Assembly (NCBI GenBank): GCA_048940645.1
Contig: JBHLOI010000034.1
Coordinates: forward strand, 1-38,354
Direction: 5' to 3'
From: Promethearchaeota archaeon
GTDB taxonomy: Archaea; Asgardarchaeota; Lokiarchaeia; Sigyniarchaeales; SOKP01
Length of the DNA stretch: 38,354 nt
Positions 29,279-38,354 of the stretch are shown one piece after another. How positions within the stretch are numbered: position 1 is the stretch's first letter; each line of letters starts with the position of its first letter. A model generated the notes under the pieces. The model did not search any database, was not told the origin of the DNA, and saw only the letters and a list, made by a program, of their open reading frames with translations. The position numbers were made by a program, and so were the translations under genes.

Positions 29279-30217
29279 CTAGAAATCTTTTAATAATGGA
29301 TCGAATAACCTTTCATATTCAACAGCCATGCAATGAATACCTGCTGCTTTAGTGCTTTTCTTGATCTCTTTGATAAATGGTTCAAAGAATTCAATATTTA
29401 TCTTATCGAGTGCCGCATATTTAGCTGGTTTATTCCCCTTATTGTCTTTTTCTGCTTTTTTAAGTGCTTTAAGAAGGTCTTTTGGAACAGAAACACCAGG
29501 TATATAATTATCAAAATACCAAGCAATCCCATAAGATTTCAGGGGAAATACTCCCAAAAGCACTGGGACATTGAATTGCTCCAGATCTTTAAGAAAATCC
29601 TTTGCTTCATCAATATCAAATGCTGTTTGTGTTTGAATAAAATCAACACCTTGTTCCACTTTACGGCCAACTTTAAGGATCTCTGGTTCACGTGGATTAC
29701 TATTTGGATTAGCAACACATCCATAGTTCATTTCAATCTTACCACCCTCAAGTTCATTTCCTTCATAATCAGTGCCTTCATCGATCATAATCGAGAGCAT
29801 TTCACAGAACTGGGTACTATCAATATCATAAACAACTCTTCCTTTTTTGTGATCTCCAAGCGATGTATGATCTCCTGTTAGGGTTAAAATATTTTTTAAT
29901 CCCAATACAGCTCCCGCTATTACATCTCCAAAGAGGGCAACACGATTGCGATCCCTTACTGTAACTTGCCATACTGCTTCGAGCCCTACTTTTTCCTGAA
30001 CTAAATAACTCGGTACTAATGAACACATATAAGCATCTCCCTGCGGTCCATCAGTCACATTTGCTGCTACGATCTTCCCAGTCTTCTTCATTTCTTCAGC
30101 AGAATGAAATATTTCCTTAAGACTAAGTATCTTTTTAGGTTCTAGTTCGCCAGTAAATATAAAATGCCCCGTCTCAATTGCTTTACATAAATTACTATAA
30201 GCTGGTCTTTTTCCCAT
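29279..30217 (-). CDS. metF: Methylene-THF reductase catalytic subunit, copy 2 (Hdr-linked)
   Basis: TGELEP, ANVTDG, QVTVRDRN, LTGDH, QTQ. The start abuts the metV stop (TAA-ATG). Confidence 0.93.
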   Translation of the reverse strand: MGKRPAYSNLCKAIETGHFIFTGELEPKKILSLKEIFHSAEEMKKTGKIVAANVTDGPQGDAYMCSLVPSYLVQEKVGLEAVWQVTVRDRNRVALFGDVIAGAVLGLKNILTLTGDHTSLGDHKKGRVVYDIDSTQFCEMLSIMIDEGTDYEGNELEGGKIEMNYGCVANPNSNPREPEILKVGRKVEQGVDFIQTQTAFDIDEAKDFLKDLEQFNVPVLLGVFPLKSYGIAWYFDNYIPGVSVPKDLLKALKKAEKDNKGNKPAKYAALDKINIEFFEPFIKEIKKSTKAAGIHCMAVEYERLFDPLLKDF

Positions 30218-30916
30218 TTAGCCCTTCACCTCTTCTTTTTCTTCTTCTACATTCGTATATTCTTTATAAACTTCCAAATATCCTGGACTTGTAGAAGTTC
30301 TGTAATCCCTTGGACCCCTATATTTTTTAAACAAATCTATTCTATTGAATTCCTTTAATCTTTTCCAAATTTCAACCCATGCACATGGTACTGTATATCC
30401 TCTTACTTCACACATGCCATCAACCATTCCTCCACAAGGTCCATTACTTAAATGTTTAGCGCAGCCTGCACGAGGGCACACCCCACCAGTTTCTCCAATA
30501 ATACAATCTCCACATGTTTCACATAACTCAATAAAGTTATTTTCTCCATTACTCTGTGCACCACCAAACATACTATTTTGAGTTGGAAAGGTTAATTTCT
30601 GTGGTAAAACTTTATTCATCATAACAACCCCTAATCCGCAAGCTAATGTAAGAATCGCTTCATAATCTTCTACTAAAGGCCTTACAGTTGTCGCAGCAAT
30701 TCTGTCATCACATTGTCTTAAAACAGTAATAGCTTTCCATTTTAGATCTTTTCCCTTAGTTCTTGCTTTTAATTCTAAGAGTTGTCCGAGCAATTTTGCC
30801 TCATTTACACTTCTGGGTGGTTGGCAGCATCCATCGCAGCCTGCTATGAGGATTTTGTTGTATGGCTCTATATACCCATAAATTTCTTCAATATCTTTTA
30901 ATTGGGTTATAATCAT
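30218..30916 (-). CDS. metV: Methylene-THF reductase Fe-S small subunit, copy 2
   Basis: GCDGCC, ACGLG, CETCGDC...GVCP...CAKHLSNGPCGG...CE...CAW. Confidence 0.9.
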   Translation of the reverse strand: MIITQLKDIEEIYGYIEPYNKILIAGCDGCCQPPRSVNEAKLLGQLLELKARTKGKDLKWKAITVLRQCDDRIAATTVRPLVEDYEAILTLACGLGVVMMNKVLPQKLTFPTQNSMFGGAQSNGENNFIELCETCGDCIIGETGGVCPRAGCAKHLSNGPCGGMVDGMCEVRGYTVPCAWVEIWKRLKEFNRIDLFKKYRGPRDYRTSTSPGYLEVYKEYTNVEEEKEEVKG

Positions 30917-31002
30917 TTTTCAAAACTCCACATTTTTTCATTTATTTTTAGATTTTCATAAAAATTTTCAATTTATTTTATATATCAAAAAAGTTCTCAT
31001 AT

Positions 31003-31899
31003 TTAGGTCGTTAATTTTTCAATTAACTTATTAGGTTTCACACTTCTAGTAGAAAGACTAAGATCTTCTAAAGCTACTCCCAATGCAATTGCCATTATTT
31101 CAGGCAGATATAATACCGGGATATTCAGTTCTTTTCCCGTCCTACGAGCAATTATCTTTTCTTTTCTGTCATACTGGGTTACACAAGCGGGGCATACTGC
31201 AATTAAAGCATCAACTTCTTCTTCAAGTTCACATAACTCTGTCATTTTGTCTTCAACAAGTTTTTCGCCAATTTCTTCCTGTAAACGAGCACAAAAACCA
31301 CAGCATTCTAATTTATTAGCAAAATCAATTGTTTTTGCCCCAAGAGTTTGAAGAATAAGATCAATTTTTTCAGGCTTTTCTGGGTGATCAAATCGCATTA
31401 TTTTACTCGGTCGGACTAAGTGGCAACCATAATGCACAGCAAGATTTAAATCATCAAGGGGTTTAATCACTAAACTTTTTATTTTCTCAAGCCATTCTGG
31501 TTGGGTGAACACTTCTACAAAATGATAAACATTTATTTTTCCGGTATATTTATAGTTTATTTTCTTTAAGATTTCATTAATTTTCTTCAAATGCTCAGGA
31601 TCCTCTCCTAGAAGAACATTTACAGTTTTTAAGGTTTCATAACATCCCGAACAAATGGTTAGAACATCTAATCCTATTTTTTCTGCAATAGCAAGATTTC
31701 GAGCTCCTAAAGTTAACCAGGTATCAATATTTAATGATTGTAATGATACTGGCTCTGGACAACAACTAACACCCTCCATCTCTTTTAATCCAACACCTAA
31801 AATGCTTGCTACATCTCTAAATGCTTTCTCTAGCTGTGGCATTTTTAGTGGTATTGTACATCCTATGAAAAATGAGAATTCTTTACGGCTATTCGTCAT
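31003..31899 (-). CDS. hdrB: Heterodisulfide reductase subunit B-like (two CCG domains)
   Basis: FIGC, CCPEP, TICSGC, HYGCH, CCG, VCPAC. Confidence 0.93.
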   Translation of the reverse strand: MTNSRKEFSFFIGCTIPLKMPQLEKAFRDVASILGVGLKEMEGVSCCPEPVSLQSLNIDTWLTLGARNLAIAEKIGLDVLTICSGCYETLKTVNVLLGEDPEHLKKINEILKKINYKYTGKINVYHFVEVFTQPEWLEKIKSLVIKPLDDLNLAVHYGCHLVRPSKIMRFDHPEKPEKIDLILQTLGAKTIDFANKLECCGFCARLQEEIGEKLVEDKMTELCELEEEVDALIAVCPACVTQYDRKEKIIARRTGKELNIPVLYLPEIMAIALGVALEDLSLSTRSVKPNKLIEKLTT

Positions 31900-32433
31900 T
31901 TATTTATCATCCTCCTTTTTTATTACAAGATCACCTAATCCTGTTTCGTTTATTATAAATCTTATATCGTTAAGATTTGGTGGAATAATTTCTGGCAATC
32001 CCATTCTTTCCCGCCTTCTATCGATATTTTTCTTCATTCCTTCGGTATAAGGTACTACAAAACCATTATCATAAATGACCTCAACCGTGCTCGAATATTC
32101 TTTTGGTATTTTTCCCACTTTTGCCGCCATATTTCTCAATAACGCTAAAATGAAAGAATAATCTACATTTTTAGGACATCTTTCAGTGCACCTATGACAC
32201 AACGAACATGTCCAAATTGCGCTACTGGATAAAACTTCTTCTTTTAACCCTAAAAGGCATGATGCAACTACTCTATGTGGTTGCATATCGACATATTCCG
32301 TTACTGTGCAACCAGAGCTACATACACCGCATTGAATACACTTTAAAAGGGATTTTGCACCAACTTTTTCGGCTATCTCATAACGGAAGTTTAAATCTAA
32401 CTCATTTGCGTTTTTCTTTAACATTTCAGTCAT
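31900..32433 (-). CDS. hdrC: Heterodisulfide reductase subunit C-like (2x[4Fe-4S])
   Basis: CIQCGVCSSGC and IWTCSLCHRCTERCP. Confidence 0.93.
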   Translation of the reverse strand: MTEMLKKNANELDLNFRYEIAEKVGAKSLLKCIQCGVCSSGCTVTEYVDMQPHRVVASCLLGLKEEVLSSSAIWTCSLCHRCTERCPKNVDYSFILALLRNMAAKVGKIPKEYSSTVEVIYDNGFVVPYTEGMKKNIDRRRERMGLPEIIPPNLNDIRFIINETGLGDLVIKKEDDK

Positions 32434-32436
32434 TTT

Positions 32437-35400
32437 TTATGCTCCCTCCTTTGCTTTTTCTTTTTTGGGTTCAATTCTATCACCAGTTTTAGCTAAAGGT
32501 CCAAGTTCTTTCACTTTATTTACAAATTCGGTTACTAACTCTGAGAAACGTTTGCCTTCACTAGCGGATACCCACTCAAGTCTATAACGATCAGGATTAA
32601 TCCCTACTTTTTCAATTATTTCATGAAGTTCATTATAACGCATTTGCATATCATAATTACCTTCCAAGTAATGACAGTCACCAATATGGCATCCACCTAC
32701 TAATACACCATCAGCACCTTCTAAAAATGCCTGTAAAATGAAGTGTTTTGGTATCCTTCCTGTACACATTACTCTTATTGGTCTAATGTTGGTTGGATAT
32801 TGGAAACGGCTTACACCACATGTATCTGCTCCAGCATAACTACACCAATTACATAAGAATGCCACAATACGAGGTCTCTCGTCAACAAAATTTCCTCGAA
32901 CAGCCTCTCTAATCATAGGATATATCTGTTCGTCTGCAAAATGACTCATGGTAATAGCTCCTGCTGGACATGCAGCAGCACAATCACCACATCCTTTGCA
33001 TAGTAAAGGATTGGATTCTGATACTAAAATTTCATTATCAAAATTTACGCCAATCGCTCCAAAATTACATACTTCCTCACATTTTTGACATGCTATACAT
33101 AAAGCAGGATTAACTACTGAAATTAAAGGTTCATTTTCAACCTCTCCAGAAATAAGTGGGATTAAAGCATGAGCTGCTGCGCCTCTCCCTTGAGAAATCG
33201 AATCTGCTATTCCTTTTGGGCTATGACACGTTCCTGCTAAATATATTCCATCAGTGGCAAAATCAACTGGTCGTAATTTTACGTGTGCCTCTAAAAAGTA
33301 TCCATTCTGATCTCTTGCACATTTAATCATTTCACCAAGTTTTTGAGTATCATGAGGAATTAAAGGTGTCGAAAGAACAACCTTATCTGCCTCTATTTCT
33401 AGATCAGTTTGAGTCAAAATATCTTTTACTTCAACCTTTAATTTATTATTTGCTATATCTACAGTTGGATAATCATTGAATCGTATATAATTGACACTTT
33501 CGCGTGCTTTCCAATAATAAGTTTCTTCATCAGTTCCTACTCGTATATCCCTATATAGTACATAAATATTTGAATTTGGGTATGTCTCTTTCACATATAA
33601 GGCATGTCTAATTGATTCAGAACAACATATTAAAGAGCAATAAGTTACTCCATTTCCTCCTACAGGCTGACGTGAACCCACACAATGAATAAACACGAGT
33701 GTCTCACCATCTTTTAATTCATTATTCTTCAATTTCTCTGATAGTTCTAATTGGGTCATTACTTTGTCGCTCATATGTTTCTCTCCATAATGATACCACC
33801 CTTCAGGTTTTAATTCATATGCTCCCGTTGCTGTTATAATTACTCCTACGTTTAAATCAGTATTTTTGGCTTCTACTTTACTCTTAACCTTTACTTTGAA
33901 ATCTCCGATGGAACCTTTCACATCTATTACTTCAGAATTCAAATAAGTAGTAATATTTTTATGAGAATTGAATTCTTTAAGGTGATTCTCTAAATATTCC
34001 TTAGAATCAATTCGATCAAAGTTAATTTTGTAGATTTGGTTCAATTGGCCTCCTAATTTATCTTCTTTTTCGATAAGATGAACTTTAAATCCTTTATTTG
34101 CAATCTCCATTGCAGCATTAATTCCTGTAACTCCCCCACCTACTATTAAGGCTTCTGGAATCACGCTCCCCTTAATCTTGTATTCAGGTCTCTGACGAAT
34201 TACCCGTGCAACTCCCATTCTTATTAGATCTTTTGCTTTATCAGTTGCTCTTTCATTATCTTTCATATGGACCCAAGAATCTAATTCGCGAATACTTACA
34301 AAATTAAAGAGATACTCATTTAGTCCAGCCTCTCGGATTGTTTTTTGGAATAGAGCTTCATGAGTTCTAGGGGTACATGCAGCTACCACTACTCGATTTA
34401 GGTTAAGTTCTTCAATTTTTTCTTTAATAATATCTTGTGTTAATTGAGAGCAGCTATATTTATTTTCCATGGAATAAACTACATTTGGTAATGTTTGAGT
34501 GTATTCAACTAAATTAGGTACATCTATATACCCTGCTATGTTAATGCCACACCTACAAATAAATACTCCAACACGGGGCTCATCTCCAGGATTTATTGGT
34601 ATTAATGGCGGTAGCTCTACTTTAGTTTCTTCCTCACTTAGAGGGACAGCATGAGAAGCCGCTAAAGCAGCAGCGCCTCCAGCTTTTGCTACTGAGTTTG
34701 CTATATCATCAGGAGACTGACAAGAACCAGTTACATACACACCATTCTTTGTAGATTTTAAATCTTCCGTAGAATCTTTCGTTTTAAAAAATCCTAACTG
34801 ATTCCTTTCTATACCCAGAATTTCTGCTAATTTTTCAGCATCTTTTCTTGGGGTTACAGCATTAGCAAGTACGATAAGGTCAAATTCTTTTGTCTCTACT
34901 TCCCCAGTATCTAGATTAGCCGCTTTTACATATAAATTATGATTCTCTGGATTTTCACGAACATCTCCAGGAACTCCATGGTGATAATGTAAATTATATT
35001 CATCTTTAGCTCTTTCTATGAATTCTTCTTGATTTTTACCAATTACTCTAATATCATTAAAATAGATGGTAACATCTGTGTCTGGGGCGTGTTCTCGTGT
35101 TACTACCCCCTCTTTTGCCATGTACATACAGCAAAATTTAGAACAATAAGCACATATATCTTCATTTCTAGATCCTACACAAGCAACAAATGCTATATTA
35201 TGAGCAAGTTCCTTATCTGATGGACGTAATAATTCTCCCCCAGTAGGACCTGAGGCGCTCAGTAATCGTTCATACTGCATAGCATTAACAACATTAGGAT
35301 ATTCACCAAAGTGATACCGATCTAAAACACGCGAATCTATTTGATCATAACCAGTGGCTACAATAATTGATGCAACATTATACTCAACTACTTCGTCTTT

Positions 35401-35934
35401 CATGTCGAAATTAATTGCTCCTGCCTCACATTCTTTTTCACACAACTGGCAAGCTCCCTTTGTCAAATATAAGCATTTATCAGCATCAATAACAGCCTTC
35501 CTTGGAACTGCTTGCGGAAATGGAATATATATCGCCGTACGATTGCCCATCCCCTCCTCAAATTCACTAGATATTTTTTTCATAGGACATTTCTCTTGAC
35601 AGGCTGCACATCCCGTACATATATCCCAATCTACATATTTTGCTTTTTTAAGTACTTTAACATTGAAATTTCCGGCTTCTCCATTCAGTTCTTGCACTTC
35701 GGAATATGCTATAAGTTCAACGTTTGGATGACGAGATACTTCAACCATTTTTGGTGCTAGAATACATATTGAACAATCTAATGTAGGAAAAGTTTTATCT
35801 AATTGTGCCATTCGACCACCAACTGAAGATGTCTTCTCTACAAGAATAACATTATATCCTTGCTCAGCCAGTGTAAGGCTTGCTTCTATTCCTGAAATTC
35901 CACCACCAATAACCATTATATTGCTATTTGCCAT
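32437..35934 (-). CDS. hdrA: Tandem HdrA (two FAD modules) fused to C-terminal MvhD
   Basis: GGGISG...QLDKTFPTLDC, inserted ferredoxin, CVGSR..CSKFCC; internal RVGVFICRCG and ACTPRTH; second GGGVTG with CVGSR..CSLICC; 2x[4Fe-4S]; MvhD motifs FLCNWCSYAGAD, VMCTGR, GCHIGDCHY, SASEG. Confidence 0.95.
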   Translation of the reverse strand: MANSNIMVIGGGISGIEASLTLAEQGYNVILVEKTSSVGGRMAQLDKTFPTLDCSICILAPKMVEVSRHPNVELIAYSEVQELNGEAGNFNVKVLKKAKYVDWDICTGCAACQEKCPMKKISSEFEEGMGNRTAIYIPFPQAVPRKAVIDADKCLYLTKGACQLCEKECEAGAINFDMKDEVVEYNVASIIVATGYDQIDSRVLDRYHFGEYPNVVNAMQYERLLSASGPTGGELLRPSDKELAHNIAFVACVGSRNEDICAYCSKFCCMYMAKEGVVTREHAPDTDVTIYFNDIRVIGKNQEEFIERAKDEYNLHYHHGVPGDVRENPENHNLYVKAANLDTGEVETKEFDLIVLANAVTPRKDAEKLAEILGIERNQLGFFKTKDSTEDLKSTKNGVYVTGSCQSPDDIANSVAKAGGAAALAASHAVPLSEEETKVELPPLIPINPGDEPRVGVFICRCGINIAGYIDVPNLVEYTQTLPNVVYSMENKYSCSQLTQDIIKEKIEELNLNRVVVAACTPRTHEALFQKTIREAGLNEYLFNFVSIRELDSWVHMKDNERATDKAKDLIRMGVARVIRQRPEYKIKGSVIPEALIVGGGVTGINAAMEIANKGFKVHLIEKEDKLGGQLNQIYKINFDRIDSKEYLENHLKEFNSHKNITTYLNSEVIDVKGSIGDFKVKVKSKVEAKNTDLNVGVIITATGAYELKPEGWYHYGEKHMSDKVMTQLELSEKLKNNELKDGETLVFIHCVGSRQPVGGNGVTYCSLICCSESIRHALYVKETYPNSNIYVLYRDIRVGTDEETYYWKARESVNYIRFNDYPTVDIANNKLKVEVKDILTQTDLEIEADKVVLSTPLIPHDTQKLGEMIKCARDQNGYFLEAHVKLRPVDFATDGIYLAGTCHSPKGIADSISQGRGAAAHALIPLISGEVENEPLISVVNPALCIACQKCEEVCNFGAIGVNFDNEILVSESNPLLCKGCGDCAAACPAGAITMSHFADEQIYPMIREAVRGNFVDERPRIVAFLCNWCSYAGADTCGVSRFQYPTNIRPIRVMCTGRIPKHFILQAFLEGADGVLVGGCHIGDCHYLEGNYDMQMRYNELHEIIEKVGINPDRYRLEWVSASEGKRFSELVTEFVNKVKELGPLAKTGDRIEPKKEKAKEGA

Positions 35935-36081
35935 TTTTCATCAATTTTGATCATTTTTTTGCATATTTCCATTTTTTTTTATTAAATATCGTTGTTTCTC
36001 TAAAATTTTCGCTCCTTTTTGAAAATAATTGTTTAAATAATAAACTAATTTCTTTATAATTTACTTATTATAACATGCATC

Positions 36082-36096
36082 TATATAAATATTTCC
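36082..36096 (-). promoter_or_regulatory. Candidate BRE/TATA of the hdr-met operon
   Basis: GGAAAT-A-TTTATATA on the minus strand, about 150 bp upstream of the hdrA ATG. Confidence 0.45.
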
Positions 36097-36329
36097 ATAA
36101 TCTTATTTTTTCTGTTATTTTTTTTCCGAAATTAAAAAATTATTAGGAGAAAAAAGAACGAATTCGGAATTATCAATTGGTTTTAATAATCTTTTTAATT
36201 GAAAAAAGTTAAATTAAACAATTAAGCCACCATCTTAGAAAATTTCAATGACAAGAAAAATGACTTTTTACTAATTTTTAAAACAAAAAATTCTAAATTT
36301 TTGAAAAATTTTTTTAAGCTTTTTTTAGC

Positions 36330-36968
36330 TTACAACTTGAGTAGTTCTTTTAAAAGTTCCTCTGCCGTAATAATGCCTTTTAACCTTTTTTCTTCATTAA
36401 TGATTAAAAACGGAACAGTTGATACATTATATTTTTCACCAATATCAGGATGTGCCATAACATCTACAATAATCGTCTTTATTTTACCTTTTGACGCTAA
36501 AGCGTACTGACTGCAGATTGATAAAATAGTAGGACAATAAGCACAAGAATCCGTAATCAATACCTTAATAACAATAGAATCCAATTTATTTAGGTTTTGC
36601 CTTATAACAGCCTCATAATAATTAGGAGTTCCAGTAAACACCATTAATGCCTGTACAAATGGTTGGATTTCTGCTGCCATGGGCACCGCTAAATAACGTA
36701 TAATTTCTAATCCTTGGTTATTCATTAGCAAAATCGCAGGTACTCGTTGAATATCATACTTTTTAGCTAATTCAGAATTTGTTTCTATCTTATATTCTTC
36801 GATTTTTAACATTCCATTGGAACCTTTTTGATAAGTATCCAAGGTATCCATCATATATACAGATTCTTGGAGATTATTTGATGATGTAAAAACTTTTAAA
36901 GTAACTGGTTTCGTAAGTTTTTTAATCTCATTACGAATCATCTTTTTATAAATATAGGAAACTGGCAA
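36330..36968 (-). CDS. Two-thioredoxin-fold protein disulfide oxidoreductase (PDO/AhpF-NTD-like)
   Basis: Two Trx folds with cis-Pro motifs (RVP, TVP); CAYC present only in the second fold. Confidence 0.85.
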   Translation of the reverse strand: MPVSYIYKKMIRNEIKKLTKPVTLKVFTSSNNLQESVYMMDTLDTYQKGSNGMLKIEEYKIETNSELAKKYDIQRVPAILLMNNQGLEIIRYLAVPMAAEIQPFVQALMVFTGTPNYYEAVIRQNLNKLDSIVIKVLITDSCAYCPTILSICSQYALASKGKIKTIIVDVMAHPDIGEKYNVSTVPFLIINEEKRLKGIITAEELLKELLKL

Positions 36969-37084
36969 GTTAAACTTTCAACTCTATTTGTTTTTATAAA
37001 AAAAATAAAAGAAAAATCGTTTATACACATTGCTACTATTATCTAAAAATTCTATTTATAACTTAATTTTTCTTATAATGTTTT

Positions 37085-38050
37085 ATGGCTGTAAAAAGAA
37101 AAACTGACAATTTTGCTCCAATCTATTCTTTACATCTTTTATATCTAAATGGTTGGGGCGGAAAAATGCCTAAATTAGTATTTAAAGCTGAAAGAGAATT
37201 ACTTGACAATAATATTAATAAAGCAATGAAACATTATCATCGTGCTCTAGAAAGATTTCCTCAATCATTTCATCTTTTACATGACTTATATGTTATTTAT
37301 AACGAAACTGAGAAAAAAAAAGAAGCTTTAGATATATATAAAAAAATCACAGAAATTAAGCCAAAAACAGCAATTGAAATGAGATTATTAAGCATCATTT
37401 ATGTTTTAAATGAAGAATATGAAAAAGCGAAGGAATGTATTATGAATGCTTTACAAATTGAACCTAATATTCCACAATATTGGAATGACTTGGGATTAAT
37501 ACACTTTTATTTAAATGAATTCCAAGAAGCGCAAACCGCGTTTGAAAAATCTTGGATGAGCAATGATTCTCGAACACCCGCTATGGATTTCAGTTCCCTT
37601 AAGACTTATTCCTATTTAATTTTTAAAACTTATTATGAATTGGGAAATTATGAAAAAGCGATTAAAACTTCCAAATCATATTTACAATTTTATCCTGATG
37701 ATCCTATAATGTTGAATAATCTTGCTTCGGCATATAATAGAGCATGTGATTATGATAACGCTATAGAAGCTGCAAGAGTTGCTTTAAAAATAGATAATAA
37801 TTTAGGTACTGCATGGAGGCATTTAGGTTTTGCGCTTTACAATAAAGGTGAGTATGACAAAGCTTTGGAATATATTAAGAAAGCGTTAGAGCTTAAAAAG
37901 GATTATGATGAAGCATGTTATGATTTAGCTCAAGTCTATTTCAGCTTGGAAAAATATGATAATGCTTTAAATGCATGTGATAGGTGTTTAGAATTAAATT
38001 CGAACCATAGTGAATGTTTGAAATTAAAAGAGATGCTATTAAAATTTTAA
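37085..38050 (+). CDS. TPR-repeat protein
   Basis: Repeated 34-aa units (YEKA...AL.I.P..; W..LG...Y..G.YDKA). The true start may be the later MPKL Met. Confidence 0.88.
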   Translation: MAVKRKTDNFAPIYSLHLLYLNGWGGKMPKLVFKAERELLDNNINKAMKHYHRALERFPQSFHLLHDLYVIYNETEKKKEALDIYKKITEIKPKTAIEMRLLSIIYVLNEEYEKAKECIMNALQIEPNIPQYWNDLGLIHFYLNEFQEAQTAFEKSWMSNDSRTPAMDFSSLKTYSYLIFKTYYELGNYEKAIKTSKSYLQFYPDDPIMLNNLASAYNRACDYDNAIEAARVALKIDNNLGTAWRHLGFALYNKGEYDKALEYIKKALELKKDYDEACYDLAQVYFSLEKYDNALNACDRCLELNSNHSECLKLKEMLLKF

Positions 38051-38114
38051 ATAATTGCAAACTAGCCTTTAAAATTTCAACAAAAAGTTTTTAACGAGCT
38101 TATAAGCATAAATC

Positions 38115-38354
38115 TTATCTTTTTTCAATTCCTTTTATGTTATTGAGCAAATTTATTAAGAACTTCCAAATTTTTTCAACACTACTAATTTTTAAGCGCT
38201 CATCTGGAGAATGACCATCTTTAATTGTAGGTCCAACCGCAATCATTTCCATATTAGGGTAATATTTCGTAAAAGAGTTACATTCACAGGTTCCGTGTGA
38301 TGCGTTGACTTTAACATCTATGTTAAATAATTTCTGATAAACCTCTCGCGCTAA
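38115..38354 (-). CDS. pepD: M20 peptidase, PepD-like aminoacyl-histidine dipeptidase, C-terminal fragment (not in the ORF track)
   Basis: Manual translation: LAREVYQKLF...ASHGTCEC...PNMEMIAVGPTIKDGHSPDERLKISSVEKIW...KR*. Runs off the window edge. Confidence 0.82.
   Translation of the reverse strand, partial: LAREVYQKLFNIDVKVNASHGTCECNSFTKYYPNMEMIAVGPTIKDGHSPDERLKISSVEKIWKFLINLLNNIKGIEKR

Noticed and set aside
29279-35934. Selenocysteine recoding or SECIS in the hdr/mvhD/met genes
   Set aside because: All ORFs are uninterrupted, with Cys codons at the expected motifs and no in-frame TGA to explain.
1-38354. CRISPR array, IS elements, rRNA
   Set aside because: No regularly spaced repeats, transposase ORFs or long GC-rich structural RNA segments observed.

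Overview
AT-rich archaeal chromosomal window with no mobile element or CRISPR array. Gene content and style (archaemetzincin, Cdc48, Hdr, BHB-intron tRNA, TATA promoters, GGTGA/GAGGTG Shine-Dalgarno sites, many membrane hypotheticals) suggest an Asgard/Lokiarchaeia-like anaerobe; this taxonomy is an inference. The main theme is C1/methyl metabolism: an hdrA(tandem, MvhD-fused)-hdrC-hdrB-metV-metF operon followed by an Lrp regulator, a second stand-alone metV-metF pair, a core methionine synthase divergent from an MT2-type methyltransferase plus corrinoid protein, and an orphan FwdF-like polyferredoxin. Also present are a heat-shock/proteostasis cluster (hsp20-cdc48-ArsR/HSR-like regulator-HExxH protein) with a candidate operator, tRNA-Pro(TGG) with a non-canonical 25/26 BHB intron, an orphan N6-adenine DNA methyltransferase, a LuxE-like gene and an Asp-box single-pass membrane protein. 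Three genes appear to start at ATT/ATA codons 7 nt after an SD-like motif, upstream of the starts in the ORF track.
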